NCBI GenBank assembly: GCA_947455805.1
Contig: CANGSN010000002.1
Span: forward strand, 1-45,437
Direction: 5' to 3'
Source of the DNA: Planctomycetota bacterium
GTDB lineage: Bacteria > Planctomycetota > UBA1135 > UBA2386
Length of the DNA: 45,437 nt
The first letter of the stretch is position 1. Every line of letters starts with the position of its first letter. Position numbers and translations under genes: made by a program. This document shows positions 15,368 to 24,917 of this stretch, piece after piece. Below the pieces are notes generated by a model. The model worked only from the letters and a program-made list of their open reading frames with translations, ran no database searches and had not been told where the DNA came from.

Positions 15368-15730
15368 TCACAGGCCGACGACGACCTGGAAGCCGCCGTA
15401 CGACATCTTCTTGATGTCGAACGGCATCGGCCCATCCGCCAGCTTCGCCATGCGCTTGTCGGCCATCACCGCGGTGTTGACCGCGTCGCGGTGCGCCTTC
15501 GACTTGAAGGTGACGAACGAGAACAGCACCGTCTCGGTGCTCTTGCACTTCGCGCGCTTCGGGAACGGCATGCCGCCGCCCTTCGGATGGTCGTCGCCGA
15601 CGCATTCGTAGAAGCCCAGCGCGCCGTGCGCCTTCCACAGGCGCCCCGCCTTCTTCGCCAGCGTCACGTAGTCGGCGAGCTTCTTCTTCGCGACCACGAC
15701 CAGGAATCCGTCGACATACTTGGACTTCAT
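15368..15730 (-). CDS. DUF1428 family protein (YbaA-like)
   Basis: From the internal ATG at 15730. MKSKYVDGFLVVV...WKAHGALGFYECVGDD...VLFSFVTFKSKAHRDAVN...MPFDIKKMSYGGF matches the DUF1428 pattern. 120 aa. Confidence 0.88.
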   Translation of the reverse strand: MKSKYVDGFLVVVAKKKLADYVTLAKKAGRLWKAHGALGFYECVGDDHPKGGGMPFPKRAKCKSTETVLFSFVTFKSKAHRDAVNTAVMADKRMAKLADGPMPFDIKKMSYGGFQVVVGL

Positions 15731-15796
15731 GCGGCATGCATACCCGATGGCCGCTCGGATCCGCAGCATCGTCGCCGATGGACACCTGGACCATGG

Positions 15797-15985
15797 TCAG
15801 CGCGAGCGCGCGACATGCTCCGCCCACCACGCCGGCAGCGACGGATTGAACCGCTGCCACGCGACGCCGTGGTAGTCCGCGCGCCGCAGCTGCACGCCGA
15901 CGAGGACCGCTGCCAGGAGCAGGCTGCCGACGACGAACCATGGCCACGTCGGCGGAGCGGCGCGGGCGCGGCAGCGAGCGCTCAG
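15797..15985 (-). CDS. possible small single-TM protein with a non-canonical (CTG) start
   Basis: A high-GC3 frame reads ...TWPWFVVGSLLLAAVLVGVQLRRADYHGVAWQRFNPSLPAWWAEHVARSR before a stop. There is no ATG/GTG/TTG before the helix. The CTG at 15985-15983 overlaps the TGA of the upstream gene (CTGA). It is not in the ORF track. Confidence 0.25.
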   Translation of the reverse strand: MSARCRARAAPPTWPWFVVGSLLLAAVLVGVQLRRADYHGVAWQRFNPSLPAWWAEHVARSR

Positions 15986-17163
15986 AGACCGAGAACGAGC
16001 GCCAGGCCGTTGCTCAGCTCGGCGAAGCCCAGGAACGGCCCGTTCGCGGCCAGCGCCAGGGTCTGCGCGGTCATCGAGAAGCCGGCGAGGGTGCCGTCAC
16101 CCGACACCGGCAACGTCGTCGACAACACGCCCGCGGCATCCGTGACACCGACGAAGCCGATGGCCGCCGACAACGGGTCGATCTGCAGCGTGCAGGCGCC
16201 GAGCGGCACCGGGACCGGCGAGCCAACCGACAAGCCGAGGACCACCGGCGCCTGCGCCGGCGCCCCGTTCGTGGTCAGCACGAGATTGCTGCCGAGCAGC
16301 GGAACGGTCGCCGCGAGCGTCGGCGGGGTCGCGCCACAGCCGACGCCGACCGACTGCACCGAGGCCTGCAGCGACGGGTAGGTGGTGCCGCTGCAGAAGG
16401 TCAACCCCGCACCGGGAGTCAGGCAGCGGAAGTCGAACAGGCTCTCGAGGTCGATCGCATAGCTCGCCGACGCGGGCGGCCCGTTGCGCACGCCGTACTC
16501 GTCGACGTTGCAGGTCATGCTGCCCTCCACGTAGAGCGTGGCACCGACCGTCGTCGGCACGAGGGCGCTGGTGAGGCCGGTCGTCGACGACAAGGACGCG
16601 ACGATCGTGTTGATGCCGAGCCCCGACGACGCCGGGTCGACGCGGATCTCGGCGCTGTAGTTCGAGACCAGCGGCAAGTTGCCGGTGAGCACGCACGAGC
16701 CGGACATGCGCACGCGGAGCAACAGCTGCACCGGCGTACCGACCGGCAGGCTCTGGCTCTGCACCGTCAGCGTGTCGCGGAAGCGCACGACCGGCAGGCC
16801 GAAGCCGGTTTGCAGGACGTAGAGCGAGGTGCCGTTGCCGTTCCAGTTCTGTGCCTGCCCGGCGCCCTGGATGCGCAGCCGGCCGAACTGCGCCTGGGTC
16901 TGCATCGTGCCTTGCGAGAAGAGGCTGACGCCGGGCGAACCGCCGCCGTTCTGCTGCATCGTGTTGACCGCCGACGACTGCCAGCCGGTGTCGACCTGGA
17001 CGATGTTCGAGGTCGCGGTCAGGTTGCCCATCTGGTAGGTCGAGCGCACGCTGCAGTTCTGGCTCTGCGCGGCAAGCGGCGATGCCAAGGTGAGCAGCAA
17101 GCCGAGCCGGGCGGCCAGGCGGCGGCAGGACAAGAACGTCGGAAGGTCGTTCGAGGTGTTCAC
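15982..17163 (-). CDS. secreted hypothetical protein carrying the shared C-terminal module
   Basis: Signal peptide (RLGLLLTLASPLAAQS). The body is Ser/Thr/Gly-rich and beta-like. The last 122 aa (GVGCGAT...LGACTLQIDP...LSNGLALVLGL) are the shared module. Confidence 0.8.
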   Translation of the reverse strand: MNTSNDLPTFLSCRRLAARLGLLLTLASPLAAQSQNCSVRSTYQMGNLTATSNIVQVDTGWQSSAVNTMQQNGGGSPGVSLFSQGTMQTQAQFGRLRIQGAGQAQNWNGNGTSLYVLQTGFGLPVVRFRDTLTVQSQSLPVGTPVQLLLRVRMSGSCVLTGNLPLVSNYSAEIRVDPASSGLGINTIVASLSSTTGLTSALVPTTVGATLYVEGSMTCNVDEYGVRNGPPASASYAIDLESLFDFRCLTPGAGLTFCSGTTYPSLQASVQSVGVGCGATPPTLAATVPLLGSNLVLTTNGAPAQAPVVLGLSVGSPVPVPLGACTLQIDPLSAAIGFVGVTDAAGVLSTTLPVSGDGTLAGFSMTAQTLALAANGPFLGFAELSNGLALVLGL

Positions 17164-17261
17164 GGCGCCAGGAAGCGTAATGGATCTCGAATCCGCACGA
17201 GGATTCCGGCGCGGCCGCCGCCGCCCGCCCGACAGCCCGCAGCGTTGTGGCGGACCGGCCT

Positions 17262-17277
17262 GCTATCCTGTTCGCCC
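17262..17277 (+). promoter_or_regulatory. GCTATCCTGTTCGCCC box (candidate extended -10) just upstream of the ABC-F gene
   Basis: TGCTATCCT has the form TGnTAnnnT. It ends 5 nt before the ATG at 17282. The same 16-mer, with one mismatch, lies upstream of argS at 30586-30601. Confidence 0.35.
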
Positions 17278-17281
17278 CCAG

Positions 17282-19183
<1,902 letters not shown>

Positions 19184-19200
19184 CGGCGGTGTCGATCGAG

Positions 19201-19305
19201 ATGATCGACAAGGAAGAGTTCGCACGCCGCCGCGCCCAACGTCGTCGCTGGGCGATGGTCGCCTCGACCGCGTGTGCTGGCCTGCTGCTCGGCACGCTCG
19301 CCTGA
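19201..19305 (+). CDS. possible 34-aa membrane peptide
   Basis: MIDKEEFARRRAQRRRWAMVASTACAGLLLGTLA: a basic N-terminus plus a hydrophobic tail, with high GC3, 18 nt after the ABC-F stop. It is short and unsupported by homology. Confidence 0.3.
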   Translation: MIDKEEFARRRAQRRRWAMVASTACAGLLLGTLA

Positions 19306-19317
19306 CTCGACGTCGTC

Positions 19318-19539
19318 GTGCGCGTCGCCTGCATCGAGGCGCGTTCGCTGATCGCGCGCGAACGCATGGTCGAGCACGGCCACCATCGCGACGCGCTGGC
19401 GGTGTGGGAACGCCTGCGCGCCGAGCATCCGTTCTCGCTGGTGCGCTGGCTGGAAGTGCCGCGCGAGATCGCCGACCTGCGGGACCGCATCGCCGAAACT
19501 GCGGCCGAGCGCGAGCCGGGCGAGCTGCGGCAGCGCTGA
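19318..19539 (+). CDS. hypothetical 73-aa protein (GTG start)
   Basis: Track ORF with balanced composition and very high GC3 (…HGHHRDALAVWERLRAEHPFSLVRWLEVPREIADLRDRIAE…). I recognise no family. Confidence 0.45.
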   Translation: MRVACIEARSLIARERMVEHGHHRDALAVWERLRAEHPFSLVRWLEVPREIADLRDRIAETAAEREPGELRQR

Positions 19540-19621
19540 GCCCGACGCGGCGACGATGCCACGGCGCGGTGCGACGTCCGCGACAAGGTTGCGCAGCGGC
19601 CGCATACTGCGCGGCCTCGCC

Positions 19622-22600
19622 ATGACGATCCGCGCACCGGCCCTGCTGCCCTTCCTGTTCGCGACCGCCCTGCTGTCCGCCCAGGACGATCGGCCGACGT
19701 CGCAGCCGGTGCGGGTGAGCGCGAGCCTGGACGCCACCGTGATGGCACAGAGCGGGCGCGCGCCGCTGCGGCTGTCGTTCACGGCCGAGGAACAGCTGGT
19801 GCGCGCACTCGCCGTGCGCATCGAGCTGCGGCACGGCAAGGACCTGGTGCTGCGCCGCGACCACGCGCCGCCGGTGCCGAGCAAGCAGTGGCCGAAGGGC
19901 AAGGCCGTCGACTACGAGCTGCCGCTGGTGTTCGCGACGCCGCCCGCGGGTGTCGCCGCCGGCGACACGATCGACGTCTGGCTCGGCTTCGTCGACGCCG
20001 CCGCCGACGACAAGGTGCTGCCGCCGCTCGGCAAGGACGTCGGCGGCGACGGGCTCGTGCGCGTGGCTTCGTTCGTGTTCCCGGACCTGAAGGGCACGCC
20101 CGACGCCGCGGCGGTCGACGCGACGATCACCGCGGCACTCGCCCTCGCCCCGAAGAACCCGCAGGCGGCGTGGGACCAGCTCGAGTTCGCGTTCCGCCGG
20201 CTCGACGACTACCCGCTGAAGGCGAAGCTGCAGAAGGCGCTGCTGACCGTCGGGCGCATGCCGCCGGCGCCGTTGTCGTTCGAGGAGCAGGACATCGTCA
20301 AGGAACGCATCCGCGCCGAGCGCGCGCGCTACCTGCGCCAGGTCGCCGGCTGGATGTACGACCGCGGCAAGCTGCTCGGGGCGCTGCTGCTGCTCGACGA
20401 GGTCGGCGGCGCCCTGCAGGAACAGGCCGATCGCGCCGTGCTCGGCTCGCTCGCCGACGCGCGCCGCGTCACGCAGGATCGCTCTGGCATCGTCGCCAAG
20501 GTGTTCGAGCTCGACAAAGCACAGCGCGACGCCGTCGACGCGCTGGTGCAGAAGCACCCGAAGATGGCCGAACGGCTGGCGGTCGGCGTCGAACTGGCGG
20601 CGAAGGACAAGGCGCAGCGCGGCATCGCGCGCGAAGTGGTGCGCACCGTCGAGTTCACGCCCGAGCTGCGCGACCAGGCGGCGGCGGCGCGCGAGGCGTT
20701 GGAGAAGGCGTGGCTCGCCGACGTGCCCGCCGAGGAACGCACCGAGGCGGAAGCGGCGATGAACCACCCGTGCTGGGCCCGCACCAGCACGCGCGCGAGC
20801 CATCGCTTCGTCTTCATCGGCCCGCAGCAGCTGGTGTCGACGATCCCGGCCGACAGCGCCCTGCGCTTCGACCTCGCGTATCTCTACGTCACCGACCTGT
20901 TCGGCCGCGTGCCCAATCCCGACGGCGACCGCGTCACCGTCTACTGGAAGGAACTGTGGGATTTCGGCGGCGGCGTCGGCGGCGGCAAGATCATCGACAT
21001 CGGCAATGCCAAGCCCGATGCGAAGGACACGCGCGTCGACAACGGCCTGCTCTACCACGAACTGACGCACTGCGTCGACGACACCAACCCGGTCTACGGC
21101 GGCATGCGCGAAGGGCTCGCCGACTTCGGCGCCGCGTTCGCGCAGTGGGAACTCGGCCAGGTCGCCGGCGGCCGCGCCGCCATCGGCATGGCGCAGCGCG
21201 CGTTCCTGCAGGACTACCTGCAGCGCGACCTCGAATACTGGCGCATCCCGAACTACGGGCCGAGCGCGGGCTTCCTGCTGCACTTCGTCGTCACCTACGG
21301 CAAGAACGGCGACGGCTACCGCTGGGAGCCCTACCGCAAGTTCTTTCGCGACTACCGGCGCTGCCCGATCAAGGACACGCGCACGCCGACGCTGGCGCGC
21401 GCGTTCGCCTACCACCTGTGCGAAGCGTTCGGCCCGCAGGCGTTCGCCGACCTGGTGAAGTTCCGCTGGCCGCTGCTGGCCGACGAGCTCGACGCGGTGA
21501 AGCGCGAGTTCGCGGCGGCCGCCGCCAGGAACCTCGACGTCGACATGAGCTCTGCGAAGGGCTCGGCGGTGACGCGCGACCAGACGGCGCGCCGGCTCGC
21601 CAAGGAGGAGAAGGGCCTCGACGAGTTCGCCGCCGAACTCGGCGTCGTGCGCGACTGGTGGGTCATCGGGCCGTTCAAGAAGGACGGCGTCGACCCCGAC
21701 GCGTACCGCTTCCCACCGGAGCTCGAGATCGACCTGAAGGCGCGCTACGAGAGCATCAACAACAACCCGACGTGGCGGCATCCCGGCGAGAAGCCGGTGA
21801 CGGTCGAGAACAGCGGCTGGGTGCAGTTCGACTGGCAGTACATGGACAACAGCGCGATCTACGCGCTGACCCACGTCACCGTCGACGCCGAGGTCGAAGC
21901 GTGGTTCCACGTGCGCGGCGACGACGAGCTGACGCTGTTCGTCGACGACGAGCTGATCGGCAAGCACGACTTCCACAACAGCGGCGGCGGCCCGTGGCGG
22001 CCGCGCAACCGCGTGCACCTGCCCGACGTGATCCGCTTCCCGGTCAAGCTGACGAAGGGTCGCCACAAGGTGCTGCTCAAGATCCGCAACGGCGGCGGCC
22101 TCGCCGGCTGCACGCTCGCCATCGCCCAGCGCAACGGCACGCCGCTGCCGGGCTGGCGCACCGACCTGCAACCGCCACAGAAGAAGCTGGCGGCGATCGA
22201 CATGCCCGAGGGCAAGCGCTGGCCCTCGCGCTTCCGCGCCCGCTTCGACCAGGCCGGCGGGCACAAGAAGCTCGAGGCCACCGTCGGCCAGTGGCGCGTG
22301 CGCAACGGCGCGCTCGAAGGCTTCGCCACCGACCGCGGCGTCGAGTGGCGCAAGTACACCGTTCGCCCTGGCTTCCCGAAGGACTCGCCGTCGAACCTGG
22401 CGTGGCTGCCGGAGAAGGCGACGGAACCGCTCGAGGCCTACTCGCTGGCGATCGACCTCGCCCCCGGCAGCCGCGCGCCGAAGCTGTGCGTGATCCTGCA
22501 GGGCGACGGCCAGCGCGACGCACTGTGCGGCTGGACGCTGATCCTCGAACCGCACGGCGACAAGGTGCGCGCCTACCTCGAACGCTACGACCTGCGCATG

Positions 22601-22825
22601 TTCGAGAGCCCGTTCGTGCCGTTCGCCGTCGACGAGAAGAAGCCGACGCAGCTGGTGCTCGACTGGTTCGGCAAGCGCTTGTCGGTGCGCCTCGGCGGCC
22701 ACGTGCTGTTCGATCAGGCGCCGCTGCTGGCGATCCCGGGCAAGCACCGCATCGGCGTCGCCACGTGGGGCGAGGACCTGCGCATCGAGGAGATCGAGCT
22801 GCGGGGCCAGGCGCGCACGCGCTGA
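19622..22825 (+). CDS. large secreted multidomain protein with a Peptidase_MA-like zinc-metallopeptidase motif
   Basis: From the internal ATG at 19622, with a signal peptide (MTIRAPALLPFLFATALLSAQD). HELTHCVDDTNPVYGGMREGLADF has the form HExxH...EGxA, as in MA-clan peptidases. The C-terminal region has a beta-sandwich-like segment and a final ~200 aa resembling DUF1080/LamG-like domains (WRVRNGALEG...). Confidence 0.85.
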   Translation: MTIRAPALLPFLFATALLSAQDDRPTSQPVRVSASLDATVMAQSGRAPLRLSFTAEEQLVRALAVRIELRHGKDLVLRRDHAPPVPSKQWPKGKAVDYELPLVFATPPAGVAAGDTIDVWLGFVDAAADDKVLPPLGKDVGGDGLVRVASFVFPDLKGTPDAAAVDATITAALALAPKNPQAAWDQLEFAFRRLDDYPLKAKLQKALLTVGRMPPAPLSFEEQDIVKERIRAERARYLRQVAGWMYDRGKLLGALLLLDEVGGALQEQADRAVLGSLADARRVTQDRSGIVAKVFELDKAQRDAVDALVQKHPKMAERLAVGVELAAKDKAQRGIAREVVRTVEFTPELRDQAAAAREALEKAWLADVPAEERTEAEAAMNHPCWARTSTRASHRFVFIGPQQLVSTIPADSALRFDLAYLYVTDLFGRVPNPDGDRVTVYWKELWDFGGGVGGGKIIDIGNAKPDAKDTRVDNGLLYHELTHCVDDTNPVYGGMREGLADFGAAFAQWELGQVAGGRAAIGMAQRAFLQDYLQRDLEYWRIPNYGPSAGFLLHFVVTYGKNGDGYRWEPYRKFFRDYRRCPIKDTRTPTLARAFAYHLCEAFGPQAFADLVKFRWPLLADELDAVKREFAAAAARNLDVDMSSAKGSAVTRDQTARRLAKEEKGLDEFAAELGVVRDWWVIGPFKKDGVDPDAYRFPPELEIDLKARYESINNNPTWRHPGEKPVTVENSGWVQFDWQYMDNSAIYALTHVTVDAEVEAWFHVRGDDELTLFVDDELIGKHDFHNSGGGPWRPRNRVHLPDVIRFPVKLTKGRHKVLLKIRNGGGLAGCTLAIAQRNGTPLPGWRTDLQPPQKKLAAIDMPEGKRWPSRFRARFDQAGGHKKLEATVGQWRVRNGALEGFATDRGVEWRKYTVRPGFPKDSPSNLAWLPEKATEPLEAYSLAIDLAPGSRAPKLCVILQGDGQRDALCGWTLILEPHGDKVRAYLERYDLRMFESPFVPFAVDEKKPTQLVLDWFGKRLSVRLGGHVLFDQAPLLAIPGKHRIGVATWGEDLRIEEIELRGQARTR

Positions 22826-22861
22826 GCGGCGGCTCGGCGCGTCAGGTCACCTCACGTCACG

Positions 22862-23341
22862 TCACGTCGGCGGCAGGAACGGCCGCCAGCCGTCGCCTTC
22901 GGCGAGCTCGCGGATCGTGCGCATGCGCTCCTCGAGGAAGCGCTGCATGTGGCCCTTCACCAGCAGCGCGTCGGCCAGGCGACCGAGCACGCCGAGCGGG
23001 CTCGTGTAGTCGAACACGTCGACGACGCGCGTGACGTCGCCGTCCTGGCGGAACGTGTGGTCGTGGTCGAAGCGGCGGAACACGCCCGCCACCATCGAGT
23101 CGCGGAAGTGCCGCGGCCGGTCGACCGCCACCATGCGACTGGTCAGCCGCCAGCGCAGCCCGAAGTGGCGCGCCGACCAGGTCACCGTCTCGCCGAGTTC
23201 GAGCAGGCCCGTCGTGCGGCCGGCGATCGCGCGTTCGCTGGTGCCGGTCGCCGAGGCGGCGTGCGCGTCGATGCTGCGGCACAGGTCGAAGACGCGTTCG
23301 ATCGGCGCGCGGATCGTGGTGTGGATCTCGAGGACGGGCAC
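22862..23341 (-). CDS. SRPBCC family protein (cyclase/dehydrase-like)
   Basis: MPVLEIHTTIRAPIERVFDLCRSID... and the 159-aa length are typical of the SRPBCC/START-like fold. Confidence 0.85.
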   Translation of the reverse strand: MPVLEIHTTIRAPIERVFDLCRSIDAHAASATGTSERAIAGRTTGLLELGETVTWSARHFGLRWRLTSRMVAVDRPRHFRDSMVAGVFRRFDHDHTFRQDGDVTRVVDVFDYTSPLGVLGRLADALLVKGHMQRFLEERMRTIRELAEGDGWRPFLPPT

Positions 23342-23404
23342 CGCGGCAGCGTAGCGGGTTGGCCACCGACGGCCGCAGCCAGGCCGCGCGGCAGCAACGC
23401 GCCA

Positions 23405-23929
23405 TCACAGCGCGATCGCATACAGATGCAGCAGCTTCTCCTCCGGCGCCAGGCGCACCTCGCTTTCGAAGCGCATGCCGAGCTTCGCAAGCAGCGCGAT
23501 CGAACGTTCGTTCGCAGGATCGACGATCGCCACGACCCGCGGCAGCCTCAGCTGGTGCAGGCCGCACTGCAGCATCGCATCCGCCGCTTCGAGTGCGTAG
23601 CCGTGCCCGCGATACTCGGGCAGGAACGCGAAGCCGAGATCGACGTCGGCCAGCCCGTCGCGCCGCAGCAGGCCGCAGATGCCGATCCGTTCGTCGTCCT
23701 GCAGACACTGCACGAGGCAGAGGCCGAATCCGTTCACGGCGTAGCTCGCCAGCGGGCCCGCGTGCAGCCAGCGGATCGCCTGAGCCCGATCCCTCACCCG
23801 ACGATCCCCGATGAACCGCAGGAACTCGGGATCGTTCAGCAGCGCCACCAGGAAGTCGGCGTCGCCTTCACCGAGAGCACGCAGGCGCAGGCGCGCCGTC
23901 GTCAGGGTCGAGGGAGAAGCTGGCGGCAT
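23405..23929 (-). CDS. GNAT family N-acetyltransferase (RimJ/RimL-like)
   Basis: The last 174 aa of track ORF 23405..24997, from the ATG at 23929. TARLRLRALGEGDADFLVALLNDPEF...GFAFLPEYRGHGYALEAA...VVAIVDPANERSIALLAKLGM is typical of Acetyltransf_3 proteins. Confidence 0.9.
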   Translation of the reverse strand: MPPASPSTLTTARLRLRALGEGDADFLVALLNDPEFLRFIGDRRVRDRAQAIRWLHAGPLASYAVNGFGLCLVQCLQDDERIGICGLLRRDGLADVDLGFAFLPEYRGHGYALEAADAMLQCGLHQLRLPRVVAIVDPANERSIALLAKLGMRFESEVRLAPEEKLLHLYAIAL

Positions 23930-24073
23930 GCGCGGATCCTGGCCGATCGGAGCGCATGTGCAGGCGGCGCTGGGATCGGGAGGCTGGGGGCATTGTGGCA
24001 ACGAGGCCCGCAGACGCCAGCCGCACGCCACACTCGTTGCATCCCTGCCGCGACGGCGTGCGAAGGCTGCGCA

Positions 24074-24727
24074 ATGAACGCCCGGCTCGACCTGTTCGCC
24101 GCCCACGCCAAGCACCCGTGCCAATCCGGTCGGCCCACGAGCCGAATCCCGCAACCGCTCGTCCGCCCGACGCGCGAACAAGCCCACGAAGCCCTGCGCA
24201 CGCTGCTGGCCTGGATCGGCGAGGATCCGACCCGCGAAGGCCTGCGCGAGACGCCGGACCGCGTGCTGCGCGCCTACGGCGAATACTTCGGCGGCTATGG
24301 CCAGGACCCGACCGAGCTGCTGCAGAAGAGCTTCGAGGAGCTCGACGGCTACTCCGGCCCGGTCGTCGTGCGCGACATCGAGGTCCACTCGCACTGCGAG
24401 CACCACATGGTGCCGTTCACCGGCCGCGCCCACGTCGCCTACCTGCCGAACGCGCGCGTCGTCGGCCTCAGCAAGCTGGCACGCCTCGTCGACGCGTTCT
24501 CGCACCGCCTGCAGATCCAGGAGCGCCTGACCGCGCAGATCGCGAACGCCATCCACGACGCGCTGGCGCCGCGCGCGGTCGCGGTCGTCGTCGCTTGCGA
24601 GCACCAGTGCATGGCGACGCGCGGCGTGAAGAAGCGCGGCGCGATGACGCTGACCACGCAGTGCCTCGGCCTGTGGCAGGACGATGCAGCCGCGCGTGCC
24701 GAGATCCTGCGCCAGCTCGAAGACTGA
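24074..24727 (+). CDS. folE: GTP cyclohydrolase I
   Basis: The last 217 aa of track ORF 22949..24727, from the ATG at 24074. It has GEDPTREGLRETPDRV, SHCEHHMVPF, VGLSKLARLV, QIQERLT and CEHQCMATRGV, all conserved FolE type 1 blocks. Confidence 0.95.
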   Translation: MNARLDLFAAHAKHPCQSGRPTSRIPQPLVRPTREQAHEALRTLLAWIGEDPTREGLRETPDRVLRAYGEYFGGYGQDPTELLQKSFEELDGYSGPVVVRDIEVHSHCEHHMVPFTGRAHVAYLPNARVVGLSKLARLVDAFSHRLQIQERLTAQIANAIHDALAPRAVAVVVACEHQCMATRGVKKRGAMTLTTQCLGLWQDDAAARAEILRQLED

Positions 24728-24917
24728 GATCCGGCGGCGACGCGCCGGGTGCGGCGCTGTCGGCCGGGCGAATGCGGGGGCGCGCAGGGGATGGGGCGCC
24801 AGGACCAAGAAAGGGTGGATGCACGGCGACCTGCGCCCCGCTGGCAGGGAAGGTCTGGTAGCGTGTTGCCTCGGCCACAGGGCTCGTTCGCAACCCACCT
24901 CCTCCAAACCAAGCACC

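Noticed and set aside
13217-15414. Long ORFs 13217..15190 (minus) and 13228..15414 (plus) overlapping the DUF4394 gene.
   Set aside because: Only the 13409..15334 frame shows DUF4394 repeats, a signal peptide and normal composition. The others are Arg/Gly/Asp-rich artefacts.
22846-22865. A short pentanucleotide tandem (TCACC TCACG TCACG TCACG) between convergent genes.
   Set aside because: Only four units, overlapping a stop codon. It is too short to be a CRISPR array or a meaningful microsatellite.
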